This document shows, piece by piece, positions 1 through 12,462 of a DNA stretch of 64,000 bases. The number at the start of each line of letters is the position of its first letter. Positions within the stretch are counted from its first letter, which is position 1. This DNA comes from Octopus vulgaris (Eukaryota). The stretch is taken from NCBI GenBank assembly GCA_951406725.2, contig OX597816.1:55118001-55182000 (forward strand), given 5' to 3'. The notes under the pieces were generated by a model. It worked only from the letters and a program-made list of their open reading frames with translations, made no database searches and was not told where the DNA came from. The position numbers were made by a program, and so were the translations under genes.

Positions 1-194
1 TTGAAAAAGACGCAGCCTTATATACTGTCACGCAATGCTTCCAAACTACTGCATTGAAAGTACATGTGTATAAGGAATACTCAGGCATCCACTTACAGGT
101 TCATTCAATGAACAGGTAATACATTTGATTTAATAACTGAATTAAATCGCCGAAACGATGAAGATCTATCCACCTCTCTCAGTCACTCCCCCCT

Positions 195-195
195 A

Positions 196-260
<65 letters not shown>
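195..260. repeat. (CT)n(AT)n compound microsatellite
   Basis: Direct reading. Confidence 0.95.
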
Positions 261-266
<6 letters not shown>

Positions 267-267
267 T

Positions 268-498
268 TATTTCTTTATTGCCCGCCGGGGGCTAAACATA
301 GAGGGGACAAACAAAGACAGACAAAGGGATTAAGTCGATTACATCGACCCCAGCGCGAAACTGGTACTTATTTATTCGACTACGAAAGCATGAAAGGCAA
401 AGTCGACTTCGGCGGAATTTGAACTCTGAACGTAACGGCAGACGAAATACCGCTAAGCATTTTGCCCGGCATGCTAACGATTCTGCCAGCTCCGCTGC
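268..498 (-). mobile_element. tRNA-derived SINE, family A (head aaggcggcgagctggcagaatcgttagc; body gcctttcatcctttcggggtcgataaa..gtaccag)
   Basis: Close to copies at 4959, 9631, 11942-12462, 38571/40675, 42796, 63056; B-box-like gagttcaaattcc. Confidence 0.85.
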
Positions 499-507
499 TA
501 CATATAT

Positions 508-831
508 GGGAGCACTACGTCGGTTGCGAAGACGAGGGTCCCAGCTGATACGATCAACAGAACAGCTTGCTCGTGAAATTAACGTGTAAGTGGCTGAGCA
601 CTCCACAGACACGTGTGCACTTAACTTAGTTCTCGCGGAGATTCAGTGTGACAGAGACTGTGACAAGGCTGGCCCTTTGAAATACAGGTACTAATAATTT
701 TTGCCAGCCGAGTGGACTGGAGCAACGTGAAATAAAGTATCTTGCTCAAGAACACAACGCGCCGCCGGGAATTGAACTCACGACCTCACGATCGTGAGCT
801 GAATACCCGAACCACTAAGCCACGCGCCTTC
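508..831 (-). mobile_element. tRNA-derived SINE, family C (head gaaggcgcgtggcttagtgg; CORE-like tgtccttgagcaag)
   Basis: Reverse complement of the copy at 7071-7392; A-box tggcttagtgg, B-box gagttcaattcc. Confidence 0.85.
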
Positions 832-869
832 ACACACACACACACACACACACATATATACATATATAT

Positions 870-913
<44 letters not shown>

Positions 914-999
914 AGAGAGAAGCAGGAGTATAGATGGAGAGAGACGGGTAGAATTAGAACGCAAGTGAAGAATGTATTTATGAATGATTATATGTGTAT

Positions 1000-1481
1000 G
1001 TATGTACATATACACATAGATAGATAAATACATACACACACATACATACATACACACATACATACATACATACATACATACATACATACACACATACATA
1101 CATACACACATACATACATACACACATACATACATACACACATACATACATACACACATATATACATACATACATACATACATACATACATGCATGCATA
1201 CATACATACATACATACATACATGCACACATACATGCATACATACATACATACATACATACATACATGCATGCATGCATACATACATACATACATGCATG
1301 CATACATACATACATGCATTCATGCATACATACATACATACATACATACATGCATACATACATACATGCATGCATACATACATGCATGCATACATACATA
1401 CATGCATGCATACATACATACATACATGCATACATACATACATACATGCATGCATGCATACATACATACATACATACATAC

Positions 1482-1512
<31 letters not shown>

Positions 1513-1537
1513 CTTACATACATACATACATACATAC

Positions 1538-1568
<31 letters not shown>

Positions 1569-1735
1569 CATACTTACATACATACATACATACATGCATA
1601 CATACATACATGCATACATACATACATGCATACATACATACATACATGTATGCATACATACATACATACATACATGCATACATACATACATACATACATA
1701 CATACATACATACATACATACATACATACATACAC
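1000..1735. repeat. Long (CATA)n satellite with interspersed CATG/CACA/CTTA variants, intronic to SLCO
   Basis: Direct reading; source of the MYVC/HTYI pseudo-ORFs. Confidence 0.97.
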
Positions 1736-1815
1736 GCTATAGGTTACTGTGTGCAGAAACAAAAACCGTGTGAAACGAATAGAATTGCAGACTGTAAACA
1801 TTTTGATCTACCTAC

Positions 1816-2662
1816 CCATGAACAATGCGGTTTTCGACTTGTCCTTGACATTGTTGTCAACAAACGCTGTGATTAGTGAAGTGCGAGGTGACTTAGCCAC
1901 GCCTTGTATCATCATACCAACCATGAACAGGATGAAAGCCTTCTGAGTTTGGCTGGCATATTTGTTGGCATTTTTACTTAAACAGTTCGACGATATATCG
2001 TTTATGTCTGTGGTAGAATTACACACGGCGATGTCATTGATGTTGGTTGTGTGGTTAGACAAACCGTCCATTCCTTCACTTACCAATCGAGGTTCATGGT
2101 TGACGAAATATATGAAACAACACACTAAACCGGACAATCCAAAGAGAAACGTGGAAGCACCAAGAAACCTAGGAATGTGAGTTCGCCTGGCAAAATGACT
2201 GACGAAAAGAACTGTAGTGAGGAAGCCAATATCATTGCCGCTCAGTATAATCCCTATTTGGGAACTGTTAAACCCAAATTGCTTCTCTATTGATGTGATC
2301 TGAGTTGTGAGGTAAACACTGAGTGTTTGTGTTAGTAAAGCGGCAAAGCTGTAGGTTGCTGTAAAACAGGACAAATTAGCACAAATCTGCAATATTTGAG
2401 GTTTACAACTTGATATGCCACATTCAGCAACAAAATCATCAACGTTTGAACATGATCTGTCGCTCGTATTGATACTGTTGTTTACATCACAATTTAGCGG
2501 GGGTGGATCTTCTTCAAAACCTTTGTTTACATATTTGTCATTCCCATTTTCTGCTGGATTGAAATCTGTGGACAGCAGTTGCGTTTTTGAAGTCTGCGGC
2601 CATTCTCTCATCGTTTTACCATCTTCGTTTGGTAGAGTGTAACTTCCCGATTTAGCAGACAT
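1816..2662 (-). CDS. SLCO: Solute carrier organic anion transporter (OATP/SLCO family), large first coding exon (N-terminus to the loop after TM4); gene continues to the left of the window
   Basis: Within ORF 1808..2710. Carries OATP hallmarks: CGISSCKP, ITSIEKQFGFNSSQIGIILSGNDIG, FVSHFARRTHIPRFLG, MIQGVAKSP, FVDNNVK..TALFMG. Acceptor tttttatcatcag|ATG at 2662; phase-1 donor G|GTAGGT after 1816. Subfamily not assignable by eye. Confidence 0.92.
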
Positions 2663-2910
2663 CTGATGATAAAAAATGTAAACGAATACGTAATTAAGAC
2701 AGGCAAACAATCACAAGAAAAATTAACATAATTATAGATTTAAATATATATATATATTATAATAAACCGATATTTCTAAATTATATTAGAATAAAAGAGC
2801 GGTGCAACTTGGCCACGATAATAAAGCACCGAATAAATTCTATCACTCCAAAACTAGGATTTTATCTTTGTTTCTGATTTTGGTAAAGAGAGCATCACTA
2901 TTCTTTGCCC

Positions 2911-3129
2911 TCTTACTCTTTTACTCTTTTACTCTTTTACATGTTTCAGTCATTTGACTGCGGCCATGCTGGAGCACCGCCTTTAGTCGAGCAACTCGAC
3001 CCCGGGACTTATTCTTTGTAAGCCCAGTAGTTATTCTATCGGTCTCTTTTGCCGAACCGCTACCGCTAAGTGACGGGGACGTAAACACACCAGCATCAGT
3101 TGTCAAGTAATGCTAGGGGGACAAACACA

Positions 3130-3177
<48 letters not shown>

Positions 3178-3342
3178 CGACAGGCTTCTTTCAGTTTCTG
3201 TCTACCAAATCCACTCACAGGCATTGGTCGGCCCGGGGCTATAGCAGAAGACACTTGCCCAAGATGCCACGCAGTGGGACTGAACCCGGAACCATGTGGT
3301 TGGTTAGCAAGCTACTTACCACACAGCCACTCCTGCGCCTAT
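2911..3342 (-). mobile_element. tRNA-derived CORE-like SINE, family B (head ataggcgcaggagtggctgtgtggt; internal TA/GT microsatellite; tail (taaaagag)n)
   Basis: Matches copies at 8458, 8790, 10047, 17625, 21700, 56808, 62900; B-box ggttcagtccc; core ggcaccttgggcaagtg. Confidence 0.87.
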
Positions 3343-3990
3343 ACATTCTTCACTCTCTGTTCTACCGTGGCCAGAATCAATGTACCTGGGTAAATGTCTC
3401 TAACTATCTGACCTGTAGCTGACAAACCATAGTCCTTAATGATGGCATATGCCCTTGTCAAAATACTGGACCAAGCTCAGTTTCTAACCATAATGTCCAA
3501 TCTGCGGTTTGCAAAGGAGCGGAACTTTAATAGTCACGCTTTTGAAATATAAATTGTTCGATCTTTAGTTAAAAGCCACTAATATCATTAGGAAAGCTTG
3601 AACATCGTCTCATCATTTGTGAACTCTGCTTCCGTATAATTTGGAAGAAGGGGACATTAAGTAAAATAAGTGCAAGAGAAGTTGATGCGATTCTCTTTGC
3701 ACTTGTGTGTGGATTGAAAGAAGAATAAGGGAGTATATACCTCTCTCTCCATTCCTTCTTTTCTCTCTCACTTTCTCTCTGTAATAGACAAATGAAATAC
3801 TAAATCGGTTTAAATTATATATTTGATAATTCAGTTTAAGAATAGATTTAAGTAAATTCATTTAATGGGAAGTTAAAAACCGAAACATTTAATAATTTTC
3901 AGTGAAATTTCCATGTTTAGAGCTTCTGTGGAGGCAGTTGTGGGAAATTATATATTTTTCCCTCTACCATTGCTGGAAGAATAAGAGGAA

Positions 3991-4240
<250 letters not shown>

Positions 4241-4958
4241 TAAAGTTTACTGTTCCTGAGGAATTATAGGAGCATTTTCAAATAAAAAAAAATCTTATTC
4301 AAGATCCCAGAACAAATATCCACAAATATCCGCTTTGACTAACATGTCCTAACAAGAAAATTTTATAAATACAATTTACTTGTCGTCAACTTGTTAATTA
4401 CTGTCTGGTTAATTGCGGCTGATCGTTTTATGTCGCAATAGAACTTTATAATTAGTGATTACCAAATGATAATCTCTACAGATTTCTATAGAAACTAGAG
4501 CCATCGCTGAAAGATATGATGTTTCGTATATGAATACGTCTACAATGCGATCGAAGACAGAAAAATAGGTAATGAAAGCAGATGCATATTTCAGGACGTG
4601 ATTGCTACCGTTTCACTTCCACGTCCTTTTACCATCCACCAATGTATTGCTTAATTGCCACCAAATGTAGCGGTTTAACGCAATTGGATAAACTAGTTTT
4701 ACATATCCAAACACATTTCTGGCAACTGGTGCGTACATAATTATTGCTGGCAGGGACACCATAATTCATTATGCAACTTTAATATATCAGAAAATATATC
4801 AGTCTTAAATTGCAATGTATATACATTGTGATATGTGATATGTTACGTAATACATATCATAATATTATAACTTGATATATTATATATGTTATAGGAATCT
4901 ATTAGTGATATTTTATAATATATAAAGAGATATATAATTTAATATATTTTAGCATATT

Positions 4959-5160
4959 AAGGTGGTGAGCTGGCAGAATCATTAGCACACCGGGCGAAAT
5001 GCTTAGCGATATTTCGTCTGAGTTCAAATTCCGCTGATGTCGACTTTGCCTTTCACCTTTTCGGTGTCGATAAATTAAGTACCAGTTGCGTACTGGGGGC
5101 GATCTAATCGACTTCTTTCTCCCCCAAAATTTCGGGCCGTGTGCCTAGAGTAGAAAAGAA
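4959..5160 (+). mobile_element. SINE family A copy with an alternative 3' tail
   Basis: Same head and body as family A; flanked by imperfect direct repeat atattttagcatatt / atattctggcatatt (probable TSD). Confidence 0.8.
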
Positions 5161-5199
5161 TATATTCTGGCATATTGTTATATGTTGTGTAATATACGT

Positions 5200-5495
5200 C
5201 AGTGCTTCTCAAACTCTCTGAAGTGGCGTACTGGCAGTTTTTTTTCCAATGTGCCAGGGACCGGTAATATTTCTTACTAATATTAATTTAAACCGGAAAC
5301 AATATATATAATGAATATAATAAAAGTTGACAGTTTTTTATATCTTATATTTATTTTGTATTATTATACAATATTACAGAACATTGTATAAGCATTTTAT
5401 AATGTTTCTTTATTTTCTGAAAACTCGCCGCGTATCGGCAGCTGATGGCTCGCGGGCCGGCACCGGTCCGCGGGTTACCACTTTCAGTAGTATTG
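5200..5495. mobile_element. hAT (Charlie-like) MITE
   Basis: Ends cagtgcttctcaaa ... tttcagtagtattg; perfect 8-bp TSD atatacgt at 5192-5199 and 5496-5503. Confidence 0.85.
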
Positions 5496-5579
5496 ATATA
5501 CGTTGTATAGTGTCATATATCATACGATATACGCGGTATTTATTAATATGTGGTATATCGTGTGATATATATTATGTGC

Positions 5580-6026
5580 GGATCTTTTCGGTTTGAACGG
5601 CAGTTTTTTTAAATAATTTCCACGTAACTAAACACTTTTAAACTTCGTATACTGGTAGAATGTGTTTATAAAACATCTTTTTCTCTTGGCTTTATTGAGA
5701 AAATTCTATACTTTGTAAGATATTTGTTGTTTCTTTCCTTCAATTTCTGCAATTTCAACCAATCAATGACATCTATTGAGGTGAAAACATTCTGTGTAGT
5801 ATGAATATGTCACTCGTTAAAGAAACAGATTGGGTATATTTACCTTTCTGAAGAAAAAAGATACCCTTCCCCCACCCCTAACCCTAACCCTAACCCTAAC
5901 TAACCCTAACTAACCCTAACCCTAAAACAGATTGAAATGCAATAGATCGATACTAGTGTCATAATTATGGGTGTCAGTTTCATATGACACCGCTAGAAAA
6001 AACTGCCGTTCAAATCGAAAAGATCC
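5580..6026. mobile_element. MITE with GG..CC termini and 8-bp TSD (Merlin-like), carrying internal (CCCTAA)n
   Basis: ~30-bp TIRs ggatcttttcggtttgaacggcagtttttt / aaaaaactgccgttcaaatcgaaaagatcc; perfect TSD ttatgtgc on both sides; telomere-type repeats at ~5875-5925. Confidence 0.85.
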
Positions 6027-7070
6027 TTATGTGCTATATAAAATTTTGATACTTTCACCGAGATTGTGATAGCTGTGGCTAATTGTATACTTCTACGTTC
6101 TTCTTTAAAAATTTTACTGTCCTATTTTGATGCTTCCACGTCATAAAGTTTTTGCTGTCCTACTTTTGGTGTCACTTCAGTTTTATCAGGAAATGTTTGA
6201 ATGTCGACCGAAAATAATGCTTGCAATTGCTGAACTGTCACAAATCTAGGAATGCATTTAGAACTGGGTAAAAGAATAATTGGACTCTAATAACGAATGT
6301 TCGCTTGTTGCGTAGGATGAGTGGTTTTCGGAAACATTTACGTGTGTCTTATGCGAGTTTGTGGACGTGTGCGTGGTGTGAATGTATGCGTATGCGTGTG
6401 TGTTGTGTGTGTGTGTATGTGTGTTGTGTGTGTGTGTGTGTGTGGTTGGTTGACCTTTATGTGTTTTTATGTGAGATTCAGTGTGTATACCAGAGGTGCA
6501 TAGACTTGTATATTAGTTCATTTGCGTTTATCTTATGTGTATTATGTATGTGCGCGTGGATGTGTGAGTGTGTGCGCGCGCACAGGTCTATACCTGTGTC
6601 TATGTGCTTATTCACGCGTAAAATATAAGGAAACGTTTAAGATAAAATTGTCGATAAAGCCAAGAATTCTATTTTAATACATGGACATCATCATCACATC
6701 TAGTACAATGCAATTAACATTGATATCATCATCTCATTTGTATCCTTCCATCAGTTGAAAAGTTACTTAGGCGTGAAAAGGAAGTTATTCGATAGGGTTC
6801 CAGCAGTCTCTCGCACAAACACAATAATCGCTATATGGAACTATACTATGCATTTATCTTTTTATGAAACATTTTGTCATTTATTACAAAAAGTGTTAAA
6901 AGGGTTTACGAACGTGGAAGACAAAAAAGTTGTTTCTATTTATCTGTTGTAATATTTTCTTCATAATTCATTGAGAATGTCGTCGAGGATTTTGCAGCTC
7001 TTCATGGTTCTCTTACTCAGTTTGGTCTCAGCATATATGTATGCGCTTGTGTAGTTAACAAATTAACTGT

Positions 7071-7392
7071 GAAGTCGCTTGGCTTAGTGGTTAGGGCATT
7101 TGTTTTCCGATCGTAAGGTGGTGAGTTCAATTCCCGGCGACGCGTTGTGTCCTTGAGCAAGACACTTTATTTCCCGTTGCTCCAGTCCACTCAGCTGGCA
7201 AGAATGAGCTGTACTTGTATTTCAGAGGGCCAGCCTTGTCACACTCTGTGTCATGTTGGCTCTCCCTGAGAACTGCGTTAGGGGTACTCGTGTCTGCGGA
7301 ATGCTCAGCCACGTGAACGTTAATTTCACGAGCAAGCTGTCCCATTGATCGCATCAGCTGGGACCCTCGTCATTGTAACCGACGGAGTGCTC
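7071..7392 (+). mobile_element. SINE family C, full length
   Basis: A/B boxes; homologous to 508-831. Confidence 0.85.
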
Positions 7393-8457
7393 CTAAGTAA
7401 TAAACTAACAGCAAAAGCAGAAGTTTTAAGGTTGTTTTGTTTAGGAAAGACCTAAAATTCGCAATACGGACTTCTTCCTGGATTCAGAAGATAAGTAGGT
7501 AGTACTGGCCGCGACCACTACTGAAGGCCATATCTTCCGAACAGTAGCCGTCATAGCCCCTACAGGAATGGGGCGGCCGATTTCTTTGCGGAATTTATCT
7601 GTAAAATAATATGTGACAATTATTCGGTTGCCATAATAAAACTCCGAGTTTCGGATGTCGGGGCGGAAATCTGAGGAGAAAGATTTGTATTTAGTTTATT
7701 CAGTGAAATGCAGGAGTAATTTAAATATTTAATGCATACAACAATGAGAACGAGCATTGCAGGAGTATTCTTTGTGATAGTATGTAGATTTATTATCACT
7801 TGTGCAGATTTTAAATTTTGGTTTATTCGGCCCCTACTCCTCTAACGTTTTCGACTTGGCGGTTTCCCACCTTTCGGAGGTGTCTTCAGCTCTGGTGTTC
7901 TGTGCATTTCTTCTTTCTCCTTCTTCTGTTCCCTGGCCTCTTCGATGCAGCGTCAACGAATCTCAGCGGGCGACTGACCATCCTGCCAAATTTCCCTTTA
8001 AATCTTTGCATTCCGTCTTTCTCTCCTCGATGGTCCGCCCTTTGCCAATGATTCTCCATTCCCTGTTGTTTCAAGCCCAAATATTTTCTCTCCTTCCTGG
8101 TAGGTCATATTAGCCAAGTTCTTGTACTTTTGTTCGTCGTCTACTTTGAATTTGGTGGTCATTCTTGCTACCTCGTCGTCGAATTTTTTTATAGCTCGCT
8201 GCGTCATTTCCTTTCAGCTACTTAATCTTTGGCTTCTTCACGCCTATCACTTTTTTGGCTGATCCCATTCAACTGTGGAATGAATGTCGCGCAACAGTTT
8301 TGTCTTCTTACGCGCAAGTAAACGTTCTGTCTACCGCAGTACAAATATTTTCTTTCTCATTACAAACTGTTATCATATTATGTTTGGTGCACGTTTATAC
8401 TTCTTCTCAGGTAAATGTTTCGGCATATTAGTAATCTTAGTAACTAACTGTTTCTTC

Positions 8458-8653
8458 ATAGGCACAGGAGTGGCTGTGTGGTAAATAGCTTGCTTAGCAG
8501 CCACATGGTTCCTGGTTCAGTCCCACTGCGTGGCATCTTGGGCAAGTGTCTTCTACTATAGCCTGGGGCCGACCAAAGCCTTGTGAGTGGATTTAGTTGA
8601 TGGAAACTGAAAGAAGCCCGTCGTATATATATGTGTGTGTGTGTGTTTGTGTT

Positions 8654-8690
<37 letters not shown>
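8458..8690 (+). mobile_element. SINE family B, 5' half ending in its internal microsatellite
   Basis: Homology to 2911-3342. Confidence 0.82.
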
Positions 8691-8695
<5 letters not shown>

Positions 8696-8789
8696 GTGCA
8701 CGTTTATACTTCTCAAACGAGGTCAGATAGATGTTTCAGCATATTAGTAATCTTAGGCGCTGACTGTTTTTTTATCTTTTATATTTTTC

Positions 8790-8985
8790 TTGTTTCTGTC
8801 ACTTTTGACTCCGGCCATATTGGAGCGCCGCCTTGAAAGGTTTTAGTAGAATAAATCGACTCCACGGTTTATTCCTTAAAGCCTGGGACTTATTCTATAG
8901 GTCTCTTTTGCCAAACTGCTATGTTACCGGGACGTAAACACACCCACATCGAATGTAGAGCGGTGATGGGGTGGTGAGACACAAA

Positions 8986-9019
<34 letters not shown>

Positions 9020-9196
9020 TATATATATATACGACGGGCTTCTTTCTGTTTCCGTTTACCAAACCCACTAACAAGGCTTTGGTCGGCCCAAGACTATAGT
9101 AGAAGACACTTGCACAAGGTGTCACGCCGAGGGACTGAACCCGGGACCTTGTAATTGAGAAATCATCTTCTTACCACACAGCCACGTCTGTGCCTG
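8790..9196 (-). mobile_element. SINE family B, diverged near-full copy
   Basis: Homology to 2911-3342. Confidence 0.8.
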
Positions 9197-9630
9197 TTTG
9201 TAGATATCCTACGATGAACAAGATTTGAGGCACTAGAAATGATGTAATCTATTACGCCAATATGCTGGAGTTATTTCTGTTAACTTGTAGTTGAATTTAT
9301 TTCTGTTTGTAGTTAATTATTCATTAACATATTTTTTTACGGTCTTGTATCAACCTTTTGTTTCTGTTTTTGGCCCAGAACTTTAAAGCAATTCTTTCTT
9401 TCCGCTCAAACTTTTTTTTTCTGTCCGTTCTTATCCACGACTGATCCTAATTGATTTCTCACTTTTTTCCATTTTCTTTTCTTTTATAAACCTTCGGACA
9501 ACAACTTTCTGTTTATTTTATCGTTTTCTTTTCTGCTTAATAATATTCCAGGTTATATTTATTTCCGTGTTTATACAAAAACACACACACATGCACGCAC
9601 ACACATACATTTAGGGCATAAAAATATATA

Positions 9631-9861
9631 TTTCTTTACTGCCCACAAGGGGCTAAACATAGAGGGGATGAACATGGACAGACAAAGGGATTAAGTCGAT
9701 TACATCGAACCCAGTGCGAAACTGGCACTTTATTTATCGATCCCGAAAGGATGAAAGGCAAAGTCGACCTCGGCGGAATTTGAACTCAAAACGTGATGAC
9801 AGACGAAATACTGCTAAGCATTTCGCCCGGCGTGCTAACGTTTCTGCTAGCTCGCCGCCTT
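9631..9861 (-). mobile_element. SINE family A, full length with ~20-bp TSD
   Basis: Flanked by ttagggcataaaaatatata / ttagggcataaacatatata. Confidence 0.88.
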
Positions 9862-10046
9862 TTAGGGCATAAACATATATACCAGCCATACTAGAAAGAA
9901 GAGTCCACTCTCCGAAGCCACATATTTCTCACTATAAACAAAACACGCAAGGTTAATGTAGCGAATATAAAATAAAAGCGGAGCCACTCAAACGAACGAA
10001 CGCGCACGGTGTAGTGTATATATTTTGAAGAAATAGTTATGTTTTC

Positions 10047-10164
10047 ATAGGCGCAGGAGTGGCTGTGTGGTAAGTACCTTGCTTACTAAGCACATGGTTC
10101 CGGGTTCAGTCCCACAGCGTGGCACCTTGGGCTTGTGAGTGGATTTCCTTACATGTACACACAC

Positions 10165-10202
<38 letters not shown>

Positions 10203-10380
10203 ATGTTTGTGTGTCTGTGTTTATACCCCCACCAACGCTCGACAACCGATGCTGGTGTGTTTACGTCCCCTTAACATAGCGGTTCGACAAAAGAGTCCTG
10301 GGGTTGATTTGTTCGATTAAAGGCGGTGCTCCAGCATAGCCGCAGTCAAATGACTGAAACAAATAAAAGAATAAAAGAAT
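10047..10380 (+). mobile_element. SINE family B with internal deletions
   Basis: Head, microsatellite and tail present. Confidence 0.8.
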
Positions 10381-10834
10381 ATGCAATAAGCTCAACTGAT
10401 GATCCTAAGTGTTTGGCACGAAAGGTGAAATCAGTTGACACCGAGATGGCTGTACTTTTCTGTGTGTTTTTGCAAAAGGAAGGGGTATTTTTTCTTATAT
10501 TCGCTACATTAACCGTGCGTGTTTTGTTTATAGTGAGAAATATGTGGAGAAAGAAAGTATGGGAGAGAAAAACCAGGTGAGATTGCTCCAAAATTATTGA
10601 ATAATTAAATATTTAGGAAGAATCTCTCCTTATATTATACTATATTTACTGTGAACTTTCTATGGGCGGCCAACAGTGGAAAGTAATATGGCCTTTAATA
10701 TCCACACAGTTTTGTCTTTTCATTTCTAGGAATACATACAGAGTTCTAAATAATGTTAAATGATATCATGCAATTTAAATTTAAATCGCACAATGTATGT
10801 ATGTATGTATGTATGTATGTATGTATGTATGTGA

Positions 10835-11050
10835 TCTCTTAAGCACCACCAGCTCAAATATTTTCTCCTCTGTCTTCCCTCTTTGGGATCTTTCCTTCTC
10901 CTTGTTTCCGACGAAGAGCTCCGCTCGAAACGTTAAACCCTCCTTCCCTTCTTTCCTGAGCGTCAATAATACTTTAATTGTTTCACGTCCTGCGTTGCTG
11001 TGTTTTTTCTCCTTTTTTTCTCTTTTTTCTGTGTTTTCTTGTTTGGATTA

Positions 11051-11055
<5 letters not shown>
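10835..11055 (+). mobile_element. Penelope-like terminal-repeat fragment between microsatellites; relatives at 17425-17620, 24825-25020, 25240-25400, 63635-63820
   Basis: Shared block gaagagctccgctcgaaacgtt ... cctgagcgtc.aataatact; abuts (TA)n; contains a minimal hammerhead motif as known for Penelope-like elements. Confidence 0.6.
10904..10938 (+). ncRNA. Minimal type I hammerhead ribozyme-like motif (core variant CCGACGA)
   Basis: gttt-CCGACGA-a-gagc(tcc)gctc-GAAA-cg-TT-aaac: stem I gttt/aaac, 4-bp stem II, palindromic AACGTT stem III. Confidence 0.6.
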
Positions 11056-11100
<45 letters not shown>

Positions 11101-11941
11101 CGTGCGTGTGCTTGTGTGTGTGTGTGTGTATGTGCAAAACGAAAATGAATGAGTGAGGAAACAGAGTAAGAAGTTTGTGTACGTTCTCCCATAAGACGCT
11201 TAATCGTTTCCTTTTGCTCGCTTCCAGGCATTTTCTTGTCTCAATGTTGCCAGGAAGGAGGAGAGGAGACATCGCATTAGGTCTCGGCCGTCCTGTTTGC
11301 CAAATAATTCTATTCTCTCTATATATTAGCCTATTTAGAAGTGTTTCGGCAAGCCCTTAGTCGTTCACCGATTTTCTTTTAATGTGCTTTAAGCTACTTC
11401 ATGCCTAACTATGCTGAAGTTAGAGCTTATGACTTAAATTATATAATTGCACCAGTAGTGTATTTAGAACCATTATTTCATTTCTTTTATTGAGTACATT
11501 TGAGAATATTACTCTGAGTTTCCTGCAATAAACGTTTTAAATTTCCTCCTACATTTCTTTATGTTGTATGTTAGGAGTTTCATATAATCTAAATATTTGC
11601 ATCAATACTTCTGGGCTAAACGTCTGAGTCCAGGGAATGGAATTAATTTTATTGTTATCAGCTTCCTCATAAAGACATTGACATATAAGTCATCAACATT
11701 GAGGAGATGTTTTAGAATTTTACTATGACACATATACTCATTGGCTGTTCCTTTCATAATGTAATGCCAACAGATTGATATTTAGAAGTGTAAAGTGTCT
11801 TGCCGAAGGATTCCACGTTTAATGTTCTGAGGGGAGAGTTCTGGTTTTAAGAATTTTCCGTTTGTATTATATATATTATTGTTGCTTTCCTATTTGGCAT
11901 AACATCGTGTTTATTATAATGTGTTAGTATTGAAGATTTTG

Positions 11942-12462
11942 TAGAGGGGACAAACAAGGATAGACAAAGGGATTAAGTCTATTACAACGGCCCCACTGCG
12001 TAACTGGTACTTATTTAATCGATCCCGAAAGGATTAAAGGCAAAGTCGACCTCAGCGGAATTTGAACTCACAACGTAACGTCAGATGAAATACTTATTTC
12101 TTTACTACCCACAAGGGGCTAAACACAGAGTGGACAAACAAGGACAGACAAACGGATTAAGTCGATTATATCGACCCCAGTGCGTAACTGGTACTTATTT
12201 AATAGACCCCGAAAGGATGAAAGACAAAGTCCACCTCGGCAGAATTTGAACTCAGAACGTAACGGCAGACGAAATATCTGTTTCTTTATTAGCCACAAGG
12301 GGCTAAACACAGAGAAGACAAACAAGGACAGACAAACGGATCAAGTCAATTATATCGCCCCCAGTGCGTAACTGGTACTTAATTTATCGACCCTGAAAGG
12401 ATAAAAGGCAAAGTCGACCTCGGCGGAATTTGAACTCAGAACGTAACCGCAGACGAAATACC
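11942..12462 (-). mobile_element. Three head-to-tail, headless copies of SINE family A (~185-bp period)
   Basis: Units at about 11942-12093, 12094-12278, 12279-12462, each ending at ga(c/t)gaaata. Confidence 0.85.

Noticed and set aside
830-1876. Long ORFs of MYVC/HTYI repeats (up to 247 aa)
   Set aside because: Translations of the (CATA)n satellite, open in several frames on both strands
5875-5925. Chromosome end or fusion scar
   Set aside because: Short tract enclosed within a MITE with TIRs and a TSD
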